The notes below the pieces were generated by a model. The model had not been told where the DNA came from. It searched no databases and saw only the letters and a program-made list of their open reading frames with translations. Both the position numbers and the translations under genes were made by a program. From Mustelus asterias (Eukaryota), in NCBI RefSeq assembly GCF_964213995.1, contig NW_027590274.1, positions 62,001 to 126,000 on the forward strand: 64,000 nucleotides of DNA. Direction: 5' to 3'. This document shows, piece after piece, positions 1-14,499 of the stretch. Numbering within the stretch: position 1 is the stretch's first letter; every line of letters starts with the position of its first letter.

Positions 1-3000
1 TGAATCCTAGGGAGACAAATATCCTGGCAGGAACGTTGGCTAAGGCTACTGGGGAGACTTTAAACTAGAAAGGTTGGGGGGAGGGAATCGTGACGAGGTG
101 ACTGAGAGCGAGGAGGCTAGCCCGCAAATAGAGAAGGATTGTACACAGTGTAAGAGGGAGAATAGACGGGTGATGGAGAAGGGGAGAGCTCAAACCAAAG
201 GTTTGAGATATGTCTATTTTAATGCCAGGAGTGTAGTGAATAAAGTGGATGAGCTTAGATTGTGGATCGATGCTTGGAAGTGTGATGTGGTGGCCATTAC
301 GGAGACTTGGGGACAGGGACAGGACTGGATACTTCAGGTGCCGGGTTTCAGATGTTTCAGAAAGGACAGACAGGGAGGCAAAAGAGGGGGGTGGGGAGTG
401 GCACTGCTGATCAGGAATAGTGTCAGAGCTGCAGAGAATGTGGAAGCCGTGGAGGGATTGTCTACGGAGTCTCTGTGGGTGGGAGTTCGGAGCGGGAAGG
501 GGTCGATAACTTTGCTGGGTGTTTTGTACAGGCCGCCCAATAGTAACAGGGATGTTGAGGAGCAGATAGGGAACAGATCCTGGAGAGATGTAGGAATAAC
601 AGGGTTGTCGTGATGGGAGACTTTAATTTCCCAAACATCGATTGGAATATCCATAGAGTAAGGGGTTTGGATGGGGAGGGGTTTGTTAGGTGTGTTCAGG
701 AGGGTTGCCTGACACAGCATGTGGATAAGCCTACAAGAGGAGAGGCTGTACTCGACCTGGTACTGGCTAATAAGCCAGTACCAGATGTCGGATCTCTCAG
801 TGGGGGAGCATCTTGGGGATAGTGATCATTACTCTATCTCCTTTACGCAAGCATTGGAAAGAGATAGGATCAGGCAAGCTCGGAAAGTGTTTATCTGGAG
901 TCAGGGGAAATATGAAGCCATCAGGCAGGAGATTAGATGCGTAAATTGGAAGGAGGCATTCTCGAGGAAAAGTACTGAAGTAAGGTGGCAGATTTTCAAG
1001 GAATGTTTGCCTCGAGTTCTGCATGACAACGTTCCGATGAGAGAGGGAGGTGTTGGTAGGTTACGGGAACCATGGTGCATGAAAGCTGCGCTGAACCTAG
1101 TGAGAAAGAAAAGGAAAGCGTACAAAAGCTTCAGAGCGCTAGGCGATGATAGGGATCTAGATGAGTAGACGGCTTGTCGGAACGAAGGGGTCACGAGAAG
1201 GCCTTGGCAGGTAAGATTAAGGAGAACCCGAAGGCATTCTATAAATATGTGAAGAGTAAAAGGATGAGATGTGATGGAATAGGAATTATAAAAGGTGAAG
1301 GTGAGATAGTCTGTACAGAACCGGAAGAAATAGCAGAGGTGCTTAATGAATATTTTACCTCGGTATTCACGGTGGAAAAAGACCTGGGTGGTTACTACAG
1401 GACTGAGGTGGGCTGAAAAGATTGAGTATGTGGACATTAAGAAAGAGGATGTGTTGGAAATTTTGAATAGCATCAAGATAGATAAGTCGCCGGGACCGGA
1501 TGGGATGTACCCCAGGTTACTGTGGGAGGTGAGGGAAGAGATTGCAGAGCCTCTGGTGATGATCTTTGCGTCGTCGATGGAGACGGGAGAGGTTCTGGAG
1601 GATTGGACGATTGCGGATGTGTTTCCTATATTCAAGGAAGGGAATAGGGATCGCCCAGGAAATTACTGACTGGTGAGTCTAACCTCAGTGGTTGGTAAGT
1701 TGATGGAGAAGATCCTGGGGAACAGGATTTATGAACATTTAGAGAAGTTTCGTATGCTCAAACGTAGTCAGCACGGCCTTGTCAAAGGCAAATCGTGCCT
1801 TACGAAACTGGTGGAGTTCTTTGAAAATGTGACGAAACACATTGACGAAGGAAAAGCGGTAGATGTGGTTTACATGGACTTCAGCAAGGCGTTCGATAAG
1901 GTACCCCATGCAAGACTTCTCAAGAAAGTGAGAGGGCATGGGATGCAAGGGGCTGTTGCCTTGTGGATTCAGAACTGGCTTGCCTGCAGAAGGCAGAGAG
2001 TGGTTGTAGACGGGTAATTTTCTGAATGGAGGTCGGTCACCAGTGGAGTGCCCCAGGGATCTGTTCTGGGACCCTTGCTGTCTGTCATTTTCATAAATGA
2101 CCTGGATGTGGAAGTGGAGGGATGGGTTGGTAAGTTTGCCGACGACACGAAGGTTGGTGGTGTTGTGGATAGGTTGGACGCATGTCAGAAGCTGTAGTGT
2201 GACATTGATAGGATGCAAGACTGGGGAGAGAAGTGGCAGATGGACTTCAAACAGGATAAATGTGTAGTGGTCCATTTTGGCATGTCGAATGGAATGAAGG
2301 AGTATAATATCAAGTGTACGACTCTTAGCAGTGTAGAGGATCAGAAGGACCTTGGGGCCCAGGTCCATAGGACTCTTAAATCGGCCTCGCAGGTAGAGGG
2401 GGTGGTTAAGAAGGCGTATGGTGTGCTGGCCTTCATCAATCGAGGGATTGAGTTTAGAAGTCAGGAGATAATAATGCAGCTTTATAAGACCCTCGTCAGA
2501 CCCCACTTGGAGTACTGTGCTCAGTTCTAGTCGCCTCATTACAGGAGGGATGTGGAAATGATTGAAAAGGTGCAGAGAAGATTTACAAGGCTGTTGCCTG
2601 GATTGGTTGGCATGCCTTATGAGGATAGGCTGAGGGAGCTCGGTCTTTTCTCCTTGGAGAGATGAAGGCTGAGAGGTGACCTGAAAGAGGTGTACATGAT
2701 GTTGAGAGGTATAGATCGGGTGGATTCTCGGAGGCTTTTTTCCAGGGCTGAAATGTCTGCTACGAGAGGACACGTGTTTAAGGTGCTGGGGAGTAGGTAC
2801 AGAGGAGATGTCAGGGGTAGGTTTTTCACTCAGAGGGTGGTGGGCGAGTGGAATCGGCTGCCATCAGTGGTGGTGGAGGCAAACTCGATAGGGTCTTTTA
2901 AGAGACTTCTGGATGAGTACATGGGACTTAACAGGATTGAGGGTTATAGATAAGCCTATATATAAACCTAGGTAGGTAGCGGCATGACCGGCGCAACTTG

Positions 3001-3056
3001 TGGGCCGAAGGGCCTGTTTGTACTGTATTTCTTTCTATGTTTCTATGTTCTATGTA
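1..3056 (+). mobile_element. CR1-clade LINE, degraded ORF2 (APE endonuclease + RT) with 3' microsatellite tail
   Basis: ORF fragments show [40 protein letters not shown] and HLEYCAQF; multiple stops and frameshifts; tail TTCTATGTTTCTATGTTCTATG at about 3032-3055. Confidence 0.93.
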
Positions 3057-3139
3057 CCCTGGTTCCCTCCCCCCTCCCTCCATCCCCCCCCCCCCCCCCC
3101 CCCCCTCACTATTCTATTACTTACAGCCTCAGAAAATGC

Positions 3140-3850
3140 AAGTAGGTTTGTTAAGAATGACATATCTTCCTTAAGCCCATGCTGGCTTCATCAAATTCCG
3201 TTAATGCTTTCCAAATATTTTGCTATCATGTCGTTGATAACAGTCTCTAACATCTTCGCTTATGCTAAAGTCAGGCTGTAATTCAACATTTTTACTCTCC
3301 CTTCCTTTGTACATGTTGGGATTTCATTTGTCACCCTCTAATCTATAGGAACTGATCCAGAGTGTATAGAATTTTAGAGGATGACACCAATGCACCCAAT
3401 ATTTTGAGGGACATTTTCATTCATACTCTGGGATGTAGATTCTCAGGCCTTAGTGATTTATCAGCATTTCACCCCATTAATTTCCCCAGCATGATTTTGC
3501 TACTAACACTGGTGTTCTTCAATGCCAACCAGCTCTTGGTTCCCTAACATTTCTGGGAGGATATTTGTGTCCCCTTTTGTGAAGATGGAGTCAAACTTTG
3601 TGTTCTATTCATCCAACATTTCTTTGTTCCCCATTATAATTTCCCTGGATTCTGAATGGAAGCTACCTAATTTGTCTTAACTAATCTTTGTCTCTTCAGA
3701 TATTCAGAGAAGCTTGTACAATTAGTTTCTCTGCTTCCTGCCATTATACTTTCATTCTCTCTTTCCCCCCTCGCACATTGTGTCTTCTTTTGTTGAATTT
3801 TAAAACATTCCAAACCCTCAGGCTTGTTGCTTCTTCTGGCAATTTTATAT
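3140..3850 (-). mobile_element. old degraded CR1 RT fragment
   Basis: Reverse complement resembles the CR1 region from the ENPK-like segment to the QHGF motif; heavily diverged. Confidence 0.6.
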
Positions 3851-4649
3851 GTCTTACAAGTAAGAAGTAAAATTTCCTCTCCTAAAATACATCAGAGAAG
3901 AAGATGAACTTTGCCGAAATATGATTGTTATTAATTAGACACCGATGTTTGATTCAGCTTAATCAATTAATTGAATTGAAATTCCCCAGTTGCTGGGGTG
4001 GAATTTGAACCCTTGCCCGCAGAGCATTACTTCAAGCTTCTGGAATACAAGCTTAATAATAATATTGTAAGCTACGCCTTGGACTGCAATATCATCACAT
4101 CCAATAATGGAACAACTGAACATTCAGCACTTGGTCACAGGTTGTATCATGAGCTGAGGTATCTGTTGTGGGAATTGAGCACATTGCCAATTGACTCAAA
4201 AATGATGTTGATTCCACTGGGATAAGACTGTTAACCGATCACAGTTTTGTGTTTTGACATAACATTGAGCTCAGTGTGTCTAAACTCTGAGATCTGTGTC
4301 CAATATTTCACTGATGCATTTAATTGTCAGAAGCAAGTCTTTTCTTGGCCTTGAATCTTATTCTGACACGATGCCATTGATTAATGAGAATCCATGTGAA
4401 AGTTCCATCAATTCCTAAAATGACATCGGGAAACATGCGAGGCAGAAGGCGGTGTGGAGCTTGACGTTCATCATGCGTGAGCCGCACTATCAGAACAGCT
4501 GAACGCAGAGTTTCTTTCCTTTAGAACAGTGCAGTTTATGGGAGATTTAGTACAGAAGTTCAAAGTTATGAATGAGCATGTTTTGCTCATTAGGAAGAAA
4601 ACGCTATCCATTGGCAATAGGGCCAGTATGTAGAAGACCCTGCTTTATT

Positions 4650-6360
4650 GGTTATTAATTCACTGAATCAATCCTCTGATTACATTACACTGGTCCATGC
4701 TTCTATTTATGTTGTACCAGACCCAGTCTTTAATGATATGGTAGTGGACCCTGTCTCTCTTTATACTACATTCGGTCGTTTTTCTCGTTATGCTACACTC
4801 AGCCATTTCTCTATTTATGCTACATCAGGTCCTCTCAATTAGTCCTACAGTGGACCACAGATCTGATTACATTACGTCGGATCCCATCTCTTTTTACATT
4901 ACACAGGATTTGTCTCTTTACATTACATCAGAGCCTGTCTCTGTTAGTCCAACATGCGACCATGAATATGTTGCCTGTCGAGATATTATCAATCACGATA
5001 TATGTGGGTGTGCCTGTCCGATACCAATCATTCTTGTTTGAAACAGTAGGTTTATTTTTTGCTAATATTTATAAGTAGCTGTGAGAAACGTCTAATCACT
5101 CTGCTATTGTGTGGGTAATATTTAGCGTGAAAGTTATAACAATTTCTCAGTGATAAACTGGCATTGAGGGACAGGTCAATATGAACAATAGTGCAGTGCT
5201 CTTTGCAATATATTTAGGAATCTCTGTTATGATGCATTTTATTCGTTGTAGATTGTGTTGCACTATGTCAATTTGCTGCAGATTTTAGCGATAAAGATTG
5301 TTTCGCCTGTCGTATTTTATTAATAGCATTCAACTGATACACTGGCGGTATGAGACAGAATTTTGTACTCACAATATCGCCAGATGGGCTCCCACAGGCC
5401 AATTTTCTAACCAATGGTTAATTGTTCATCTGTTTCAGAGAGAAATAAAACGAAATGGCAACAGAACAAGTTATGTTTGAATAGAATTGAAATATATATA
5501 TTTTCTGCAATTTCCATTCTTATCTTCAAAATTATTTTTCAGTTAGGGATGTGTTAATCTGCCCAGGCCCTAAGCTCTGTTATTCCCTCCCTAAATCTCC
5601 TTATCTCACTTTCCTCGTCTAAATCAATGCATAAAACTGTCCCTGTATTGATCGTCCTTTTAGTAATCTGTTCAAATATCTCCTTGCTCAAAAACAAGAT
5701 ACTGCGGATGCATGGGATCTGAAAAATGAACTGCCAGAAACACTCAGCAGATCATTCATCATAAATGGAGTGATATTAATGCACTTGTCCATCTGTCTCT
5801 CTCTCTCTCTCTCTCCTCCCTCAGTCAACACTGCAGTTCATCCTCCAGGATTCATAGCATTAGATCACATATCGTTATTACTGAATTAGGTTATGATTCC
5901 GAGGAACATATTAATGGCCATTTTTGTTCTATTGCTTACTATGGTACGACGATGTATATGCTTAAATTTCACTATATATTGAGTTTAGTTTTATTACACT
6001 GCCCCTCCTTCTGTTATTACTGCATTTCACCATGTAATTTTTTTTATTGCACAGGAGTTGTCTCAGTCATGTCTGTACGCCACCATATCTCGTTTTATCT
6101 TTCTTTCTGCACTATATAACGCAACCTGAAGTTTAATTTATTAACGGACTGGGCCTTGATCTATAAGGGCTACAATTAACCCTGTCTCAGTTAGTACTGT
6201 ACTTGACGATGTTCGCTGCAATAGCCCATTTGGTGCAGTCTTATACAGTAATGCACTAGGCCATGCCTCTTTATGTACTGCATTTGATTCATTTGAATCA
6301 TTATTGCAATATACCTTGTATCTGTTTACATTACATTACGTGCCGCTTCCTTTATATTAC
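4650..6360. repeat. patches of degenerate short-period (about 25-30 bp) tandem repeat
   Basis: Recurring TCTCT(T/G)TTTATATTACA(T/C)TAGACCC-like words at 4650-4950 and 5850-6360. Confidence 0.5.
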
Positions 6361-6367
6361 ATGAAGG

Positions 6368-6940
6368 CATAAGACCATAAGACCATAAGACATAGGAGCG
6401 GAAGTAAGGCCATTCGGCCCATCGAGTCCACTCCACCATTCAATCATGGTTGATTTCAACTCCATTTACCCGCTCTCTCCCCATAGCCCTTAATTCCTCG
6501 AGAAATCAAGAATTTATCAATTTCTGTCTTGAAGACGCTCAACGTCTCGGCCTCCACAGCCCTCTGTGGCAATGAATTCCACAGACCCACCACTCTCTGG
6601 CTGAAGAAATTTCTCCTCATCTCTGTTCTAAAGTGACTCCCTTTTATTCTAAGGCTGTGCCCCCGCGTCCTAGTCTCCCCTGTTAATGGAAACAACTTCC
6701 CTACGTCCATCCTATCTAAGCCGTTCATTATCTTGTAAGTTTCTATCAGATCTCCCCTCAACCTCCTAAACTCCAATGAATATAATCCCACGATCCTCAG
6801 ACGTTCATCGTATGTCAGGCCTACCATTCCTGGGATCATCCGTGTGAATCTCCGCTGGACCCGCTCCAGTGCCAGTATGTCCTTCCTGAGGTGTGGGGCC
6901 CAAAATTGCTCACAGTACTCCAAATGGGGCCTAACCAGTG
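6368..6940 (-). mobile_element. CR1 LINE 3' fragment
   Basis: ORF 6456-6923(-) LEYCEQFWAPH..RFTRMIPG..GDLIETYKI; tail seen on + strand as (CATAAGAC)n. Confidence 0.92.
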
Positions 6941-7189
6941 CATGCCGTGATATATGCTACAATTAATCATTTCTGAGCTGTTGTTGCTCAGTCAATAGTC
7001 CACATATGTTACATTAGGTTCCATCTCAGATATTATTTTTGGTAAGTTGTATGTCATGCACTACTGAGCACACCCGTACCTCACGTTGCATTACATTGGG
7101 TCCGAATAAAAAAGCAGGCACTGCCTCAGTTACTAATTTCTATAAAATGCGTCTGATGGATGGAAAAAGAGGAAGACCAAGCTAGCTGG

Positions 7190-7475
7190 ATGGCGCAGTG
7201 GTTAGCAGTGGTTAGCACTGCTGCCTCACAGTGTTGGGGACTCGAATTCGATTCCTGGCTTGGTCACTATATGTGTGGAGTTTGTACGTTCTCCCTGTGT
7301 CTGTGTCGGTTTCCTTCCACATTCCAAAGATGTGCTAGTTAGGTGCATTGGGAATGTCAAATTCTCCCTCAGTGTACCCGAACAGCTGCCAGAGTGTGGC
7401 GACAGGGGGATTCTCAGAGCCGCTTCATTGCAGTGCTAATGCCATCCGACATGTGACTAATAAATTAACTTTGAA
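7190..7475 (+). mobile_element. tRNA-derived SINE (HE1/V-SINE-like core) with ..TGTGACTAATAAA tail
   Basis: A-box TGGCGCAGTGG, GGTTAGCACTGCTGCCTCACAG head, GTGGAGTTTGTACGTTCTCC core. Confidence 0.8.
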
Positions 7476-7699
7476 TAAACAGATACTAACTTAAGAAATG
7501 AAACGTATTCGTGTGGATGAAAGGGGTTGGAAGTGTGCATTTCATCTTGTTAATAAATATTCGGTGTTGCACATCATATCTAGTTGCTCACGTATTGTGT
7601 GCAATAATTTGTTGAAAGCTTGGGATGAATCTTGTAACATCCTCTTGTTCAAAGGAAATTGAGGAATACAATAAACGTATGCCACGTTGGACTGCAAAT

Positions 7700-7880
7700 G
7701 GATACTCAGGGACAATTCAGCATGACCACTCCTCCTAACCTGCACATCTTTGGACTGCAGGAGGAAAGCGGTAAACTTGGCGGAAACCCACGCACACAAT
7801 TTGCAAAAACCAGACAGACAGTTACACAAGGCCGAAGTGGACCCTATGCCCATAACAATGTGAGGTACCAGTCATAACTC
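7700..7880 (-). mobile_element. SINE fragment
   Basis: GGACAATTCAGCATGACC..CTAACCTGCACATCTTTGGACTG is the reverse complement of the SINE core. Confidence 0.7.
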
Positions 7881-9440
7881 CTATGTAAATAATTGCAATT
7901 AGTTTTAAGCATTTTATGGTAATTTGTTCAGTATTTACTTGCACATTCTTTGCCTCAGTCAATGCCTAAAGTTAATGAACTGCTCTGGACGTTCTTGATT
8001 GTGATATACAGCTGGCCATTCCACTGCCAAGGCATTGCATCTTTCAAATGACTCACTGAACTTCTCTCCTCTCTTTCTCTGTCTCAGACAAGACCTAAAT
8101 CGGAAAACCTCTCTTCTCTCTCTCAACCTCCTTTAGCTCACTTACAGAGGTACCCATGAGCCGGATCTGGCTACTCGTTCAAAAATGTTTAACTTTCATG
8201 CTTAAGGCAACTTGTGACTGAAAAGATGAAACACAACAATCTCAACAGAGGAAAATTCAGTGCCGGAAACAGACCAGTTCACTCTTTTATACGCTCTCCT
8301 CGATTTCACTCACACAACACCTAACACACTTAAACTTTCTATTTTAGAACACCTGTGCGGGGAAAAATGTAGCTTTAATTTTCACTCTTTTCTCTCAGCG
8401 ATAATCTTCAATCCATCTTCCTTTCAATTAACCTACCTAAACCCCAAATATGATCATTTTCTTGATTCATTAAAATGGCAATCGAAGTGAATGTAATGCT
8501 GCGACCGGCAGCAATTCTGTAACTGTTCTTGAAGCTTTCAGAATGAGTTCACCCTCGCAGGCAGGAAGACTGTTCACGGTGATAACATTAAACTGGCCCC
8601 GTTTGTTTCATTCTCAGGTAATATAACTTCCTGATTCTTGTTGCCAGTTCCAAACCACACATCTCACTTCTGAGCAGAAAATAAATCCAGGGGCCACAAT
8701 CTGACGAGAACATCTGTCAGTGCGGCCTATATCTGTCCACAGAGCGAGGGCAGAGTTATAAAGATCACATTGTGGTGACATTTACAAATGAGTCTGTTGT
8801 GATCTGTTCAGAGTTTCCATTCCAGGACATAACTGGATGGTCAGTGGATCAGTCACTGAGCTCTCCCAGGTTTCGTGAAGAAAGGAAATGATAGCTGTTA
8901 TCTTGCATTGTTCGATCATTTTCTCTCCATCAGCTATTTATTTTTTGTTCTTCAGCTTTTATCTGTCAGCACCCCGTTTTTCTTTCTCCTAACTCTCCCG
9001 GTGTCTCTCTCTCTCTATCTCCTTGCCAGTGTTTTGAACACTTTTATTCGTGTTCAAAATCATGACGTTTTGAGTGGGGTAATTAAAGAGAGGATATTTC
9101 AACTGGGAGGACGGTCAGCAACCAGTGGGCACAGATTTATTTTATTGAGCAGAGAGACAGAAATGTGATTGTTTACTTTTACACAAGAGTTGTTGTGGAC
9201 TGGAATGAACAGCTTCAGAGGGTGATCGAATCAGATTTCACAGTAACTTTGAAAATAAATGAGATATATCCTTCATGGAGTAAAATGTGAAGGATTTTCG
9301 AGAACAGGTCCATTTTAATGGTTCTTATGCATCATTGTCCTAGCATCGTTTTTGAGTCTCCCCCTGTCCTTCATTGAGACTGAATAAGATGCAATATTTA
9401 TACAGCTGTCGTCTTGTGCTAATCTTATCTTTTGGCAACA

Positions 9441-9480
9441 CGTGTGTGTGTGTGTGTGTATGTGCGTGCGTGTGTGTGCG
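9441..9480. repeat. (TG)n microsatellite
   Basis: Seen directly. Confidence 0.9.
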
Positions 9481-11399
9481 CGGTGGGGGAGGGGGGATGG
9501 GAGGGTTGGTGGTGGACATTTGCGAGGAACGATGCCGAAATTCAATTATTCAATTCTATTTACAAGCCATCACTTTGAACAAATTAGCATTGGATCGAAC
9601 TTGTTTCGGAAAAGTGCAATAATCCTTAACAGTTATTGCACTATTCGTTTTGCCTCCGATGATATTTTCATACTTCGTCTTTTCCGTCTTCACATGTCCC
9701 AATTCTGACTGGAAATGTGGAACTGTTTGTAAGAATGAGAAGGAGCATGTTATTTTCTGTTCCTCTAACAGATTCACCATTGTTACCTCAGAAAACAGAA
9801 TTTTTTGGAGTCCACCATGATTGATCCCCCCCCCCCCCCCCCCCATGGGAATAACAGCTCTTTGTCAGGTGGAGTCAGTCATTCTTGCGGCTGTCATCGG
9901 TTTCCAATCCGTGTTGGCCACACAAATCCCTGCATCACTCGTCATGACATGGAAACCTGCGCAAGCCCCTCGAAAAGATATGCTTCCTTATATCAGGTCC
10001 CAGTCTGACTCCGGGCCTAGCTGTCTCTGTTAGTGAAACACCGGGGCCGGCCATTCAAATTATAATATTCTAATTCTCTATGATTATTTTTGGAAACCGT
10101 TACCCAATCAGTTGTGAATTGGAACCTATATCTGGTTTTGCTACGTGTGACGCCTGCCAGTTATTATTGGACAATTTACTTTTTTCTAGAATGATCACAC
10201 GGAACAAAATGTTTATTTAAATGTTATATCATGTTCTGTCTCTCTTATTCTATATATCTCATACATTAGCTTACATGACTCTCCCGGCCAGTTTATGTTA
10301 TCATTGCGCCAGCACATCTGTCTATATTAGATTAGATTCTGTCTCTGTTGTTACTGCATAATTTTTAATCATTTATGGGATGTGGGCATCACTGGCATCT
10401 GTTGCCCTTCCCTAATTGCCCCTGACAAAGTGATGATGAGCTGCCATCTTGAACAGCTACTGTCCATGTTCACCAGGCAATATTACTGTTTGTTTCACAC
10501 AAGGTCTGACCACCCTCATAATATACCTGATCCTGATTCGTCATGTTACCGAGATTGTACAACCTATACACAGTAGAAAATATTTAGGATGGTTACCATG
10601 GAATTGGCGAATGTAACGGTTAAACAGAAATATTGCTCCATCTCTGGAGAACAGCAGATGTTTCAATCCTTTGCATTAATAGGAATAAGAAGTCTGAGAA
10701 TTACAGGTGTAATTATCTCCTGTCGGCTATATATCCACGGTCACTTCCGCCATCATTTTCACAAATCAGCACATAATTGAGTCGAAAATCAGGAACTTTA
10801 GTGAGACACGAAGAAGATCAATTTCCAGTAATCTCCTCGTCATCGAGATGTGATTTATCCATTTTCCAACAGATTTTTAAAGACAGATAAGTTAACGCTG
10901 GGAGCAAAATAATCAGATTGAAATCGTTTTGTGTGCAAGAGCACACAGCAGAATGGTTGTCAATAAATAGTTACATATTAAATGTTCTTCAGTTGAAATA
11001 CATGAACTGTCTGGTGTTTTCATACACTCATGGAAGGCAGAGATGGACTGAAGGTTATCACTTGGAAAACTGAAGGGAAATTGCTAAAATAAATCATTTC
11101 TCCAAAGGGGGTAATTGGAAAAAAGAATATTTAAAAGAAATTAGCACTCAAATGTCTAAGCAAGGTATGATATGATAATTCTTAGACATAGAACCATAGA
11201 ATCCCTAGAGTTCAGAAAAAGACCATCTGGCTCACCGAGTTGCATCCCACCCAGGCCCTCCCCTCTGCCCTGTCCCCGTTAGCCCCACACATTTACCATG
11301 GCGAATCCACATACCCTATGGACAATAACGGGCAATTTTGCACAGCCAATCCATCTAATACGATCTGTTGTATTATGAACGAAGGACGGGTTTTGTGGA

Positions 11400-12360
11400 G
11401 TAATACAGAGACAGAGTCGAGTGCACCAATTATTGATACAGCACGTGTACTAATATGAATGCAGACTGGGTCCAGTTCAGTGCTTACTGAGAGCGGGTAT
11501 AGAACAAAGAAAAATTACAGCACAGGAACAGGCACTTCGGCCCTCCAAGCCTGCACCGACCATGCTGCCCGACTTAACTAAAACCCCCTACGATTCCGAA
11601 GACCATATCCCTCTATTCCCATCTCATTCATGTACTTTCCTAGACGCCCCTTAAAAGTCACTACCGTGCCGGCTTCCACTACCAATGTAAGCAGAGACAA
11701 TGTGCACTATAATTTAAACTGAGACAGGTTCTAGTGTAATGTAATCTCACATGGACGCTATTAGAATAAAGGGATATAATCTAGTGTGATATAAACAGAG
11801 ATGTGACCCAGTGGAATAAAAAGTGAGGCAATGCAGAGTAAAGCAATAACTGAGAGAGGATAATGTGTAAAATGAACAGTGGTATGGTTTGGCGCAATAA
11901 TAAAGGACACAGCAGCTAGCGCAATAAAACTCCACCTGTTCAATCGGTTCAAATACTGTTCAATCTGATTCTGGGCATTGTATGATATAAACTGAGACAA
12001 AGCTGATGCAATAATTTCAAACTAAGGCTTCAGATTGATAAAAGATTTGACAGGGACATTAGAGCAATAAGCGAGTCATGAAATAGAACAATAATTAGAG
12101 ACAGGATATTATTCGGTATAAACAGGGAGGTGGACTGGTGCAGCAGTGACTGAGGTCTAGTCGAGGTTTCTTTCGACGTTGCAGGTTCCAGCAATGTAAT
12201 ATCAAATGGGACTTGGTACGGTATACTGACAACTGGTATTTTGCTGAGTATAGAATCAATTGAGAATTATTGTCATGTAATCAGAAATATGATTTTGTGT
12301 CATATAAACTAGGTCTAGTTTCGGATGGATAAAGACTGCATCTATTGCAGCAATGACTGA
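11400..12360. repeat. degenerate tandem repeat, opposite orientation to 4650-6360, interrupted by a CR1 3' tail (11500-11685, minus)
   Basis: Recurring TGTAATATAAAC(A/T)GAGACAGG..TCTAGTG-like words. Confidence 0.5.
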
Positions 12361-12869
12361 GACGATCTGTTTCGCGTCGTGCCAAAGAGCACGGTTTCAC
12401 TGCCATCTCCTGGACGTCCTTTGATATAGCAGATGTTGTGAAATGCTGATTTTCGTTGCTGTTTCTTATTCTTTCATGGGGTGTACACACAGCTGGCAAG
12501 GCCAGCATAATTTGGCAATCGCGAGTACTCTGAATTCATTGGTTTCCTAGATCATCACAGAAGGCATGTAAACGCCAAACACGTGTGGGCCTTGAGTCAG
12601 CTATGGGCCAAACTGGGAAATGATGGATGGTTTCCTTTTCTGCTGGGCATTAGAGGATCTGCTATATTACTTGTATTGGCCGCAATTACAGAAACGAGGT
12701 TTAAATTCAGAATTGCAATTGCATTTTAAAACCCACGTTCTATTGCAGTTAGATTTGAACATATACCTTGAGAAAATTGCCTCCCCTCAGAAATCCTCTC
12801 CCAGTGATATTACCACTTTGCCACTGACTTCATTTTCCACACTGATAGGCTATTTACAGGAGAGAAGAA

Positions 12870-13640
12870 GGCCATTTTGAAGCATCATGTATGTGCTGGT
12901 CCTCTAAAGGAGCAATCCATCCAATAACACTCTATACCCACAGTCCAGCATTTTGTCAATTCCAGACAATAATCCAATCCCATTTTGAAACCATCAATTG
13001 GCGCCCCCTGAACCATACTCTGAAACAGCAGATTGCAGGTCTGAATCAGTCACTGTCCGAAAATGTTTTTCGTTCTGACTCCGTGCTTCTTTCACCAATT
13101 AACTTCAACCCGCGCCCTCTGTTACAAAATCCATCTGCTATTGAACAACTCCTCTCTATCTACTCTGTCAAGACCCCTCAGGATTTTGAAGGCCTCAATG
13201 GGATTACATCAGCAACTTCCTTTCAAGGATATCAGTCCGAACCTCACAAATATATTTTCGTAACTGAAGTTTCTGATCTCTGGAACTAATCTCGTATTTT
13301 TTCCCCTGCAACCAGACCATTGACTTTACATTTCTCCTTACGTTTGGTGCCCAGAATTTGACGCAATTTTTCAGTTGACTATTTTCCAGTGCTTTTTTAC
13401 AAATTTAGCATAACTTCCTTGCTTCTGTATTATTTTCCCCAACAGACAAAGAATGTTAACTATTTTATTTTCCGCTCTTTCAAACTGTCTTCCACCATGA
13501 ATGATTTATACACATATTCACTCAGGTCCCTCGGCGTCTTACCGCCACATTCATAGCGTTTTCATCATTTCCCTTTGTCTCTTCACATTCTGCTTAACAA
13601 CACTAATCATGTAACTTTACATGCAATCAATTAAATCTCC
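12870..13640 (-). mobile_element. old CR1 3' fragment
   Basis: Reverse complement resembles CR1 RT C-terminus and 3' end; diverged. Confidence 0.55.
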
Positions 13641-14499
13641 CAATTGCACGACAATTCCACAAATTAGTTTTTTTTTCGTTCTGAAGTTCTGCTCGGTCTT
13701 CTGATGGTTGGCAATGTTTCCATGTTTTGCATTATACACAGATTTTGAAAGTCTGACCTCCATACCAAGCTCTCGGCCATTACTATGCCGGGAATATCAA
13801 GAGTCATGTAACCTATTCCTGGCACCTTCACGACAAACTTTGTTCCAGTCCGAAAAACAGCTATGAGTTTTTTTCCTGGCACTCAGCCAATTTCCTATCC
13901 GTGTTGCTCCTATCCATTTTATTCTCTGATCTCCACATTTACTCACAAGCTGTGATGCAGCACCATATCACATGACCTTTGGACGCCCATTAAGAGAATT
14001 ACCCTCACAGACCATCTCTGTTGCTCAGCATTAAGCTCAAGCAAGTTGACGAAAAACGATTTGATCTGAACAAATGCATTCTGGCTGAATTTGTCAAAAA
14101 GCATTAAAGTGGGATGATTTCTGCAGTGATGAAGGCAGTGAAGATATGGATGTTATATCTGCTGACGACACAAGGATAGATCGGAAAATTGGGCATTGGC
14201 GAGGGCATTGGATATATCTCGAATATTGTGCACACTACTTGTCTCCTTATCTTAAGAAATATGTTAATACATTAGAAAAAGTTCATAGGTGTTTTACGAA
14301 ACCCTCACCAGCTCTGAGCGGGTAATCTGATGGGGAAAGGATGTTGACGTCAGGTTTGTATCCACGGGGGTTCAGAAGAGTAAGAGGCAAATTGAGTGAA
14401 AGCTTTAAAACGCTAAGGGGTGCCAACAGTGTGGATGTTGAGCGGATGATTCCTCCTGTCCAGTGTTGTAGCTGTACTGGATATGTCTCTGGGTGTATA

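Noticed and set aside
901-2773. Long minus-strand ORFs (244 aa, 344 aa)
   Set aside because: Antisense shadows of CR1 ORF2
8690-8780. KSRATI..SAAYIC-like words followed by CACAGAG, suggesting a V end
   Set aside because: No nonamer at 12 or 23 nt, no WYRQ or leader; consistent with chance
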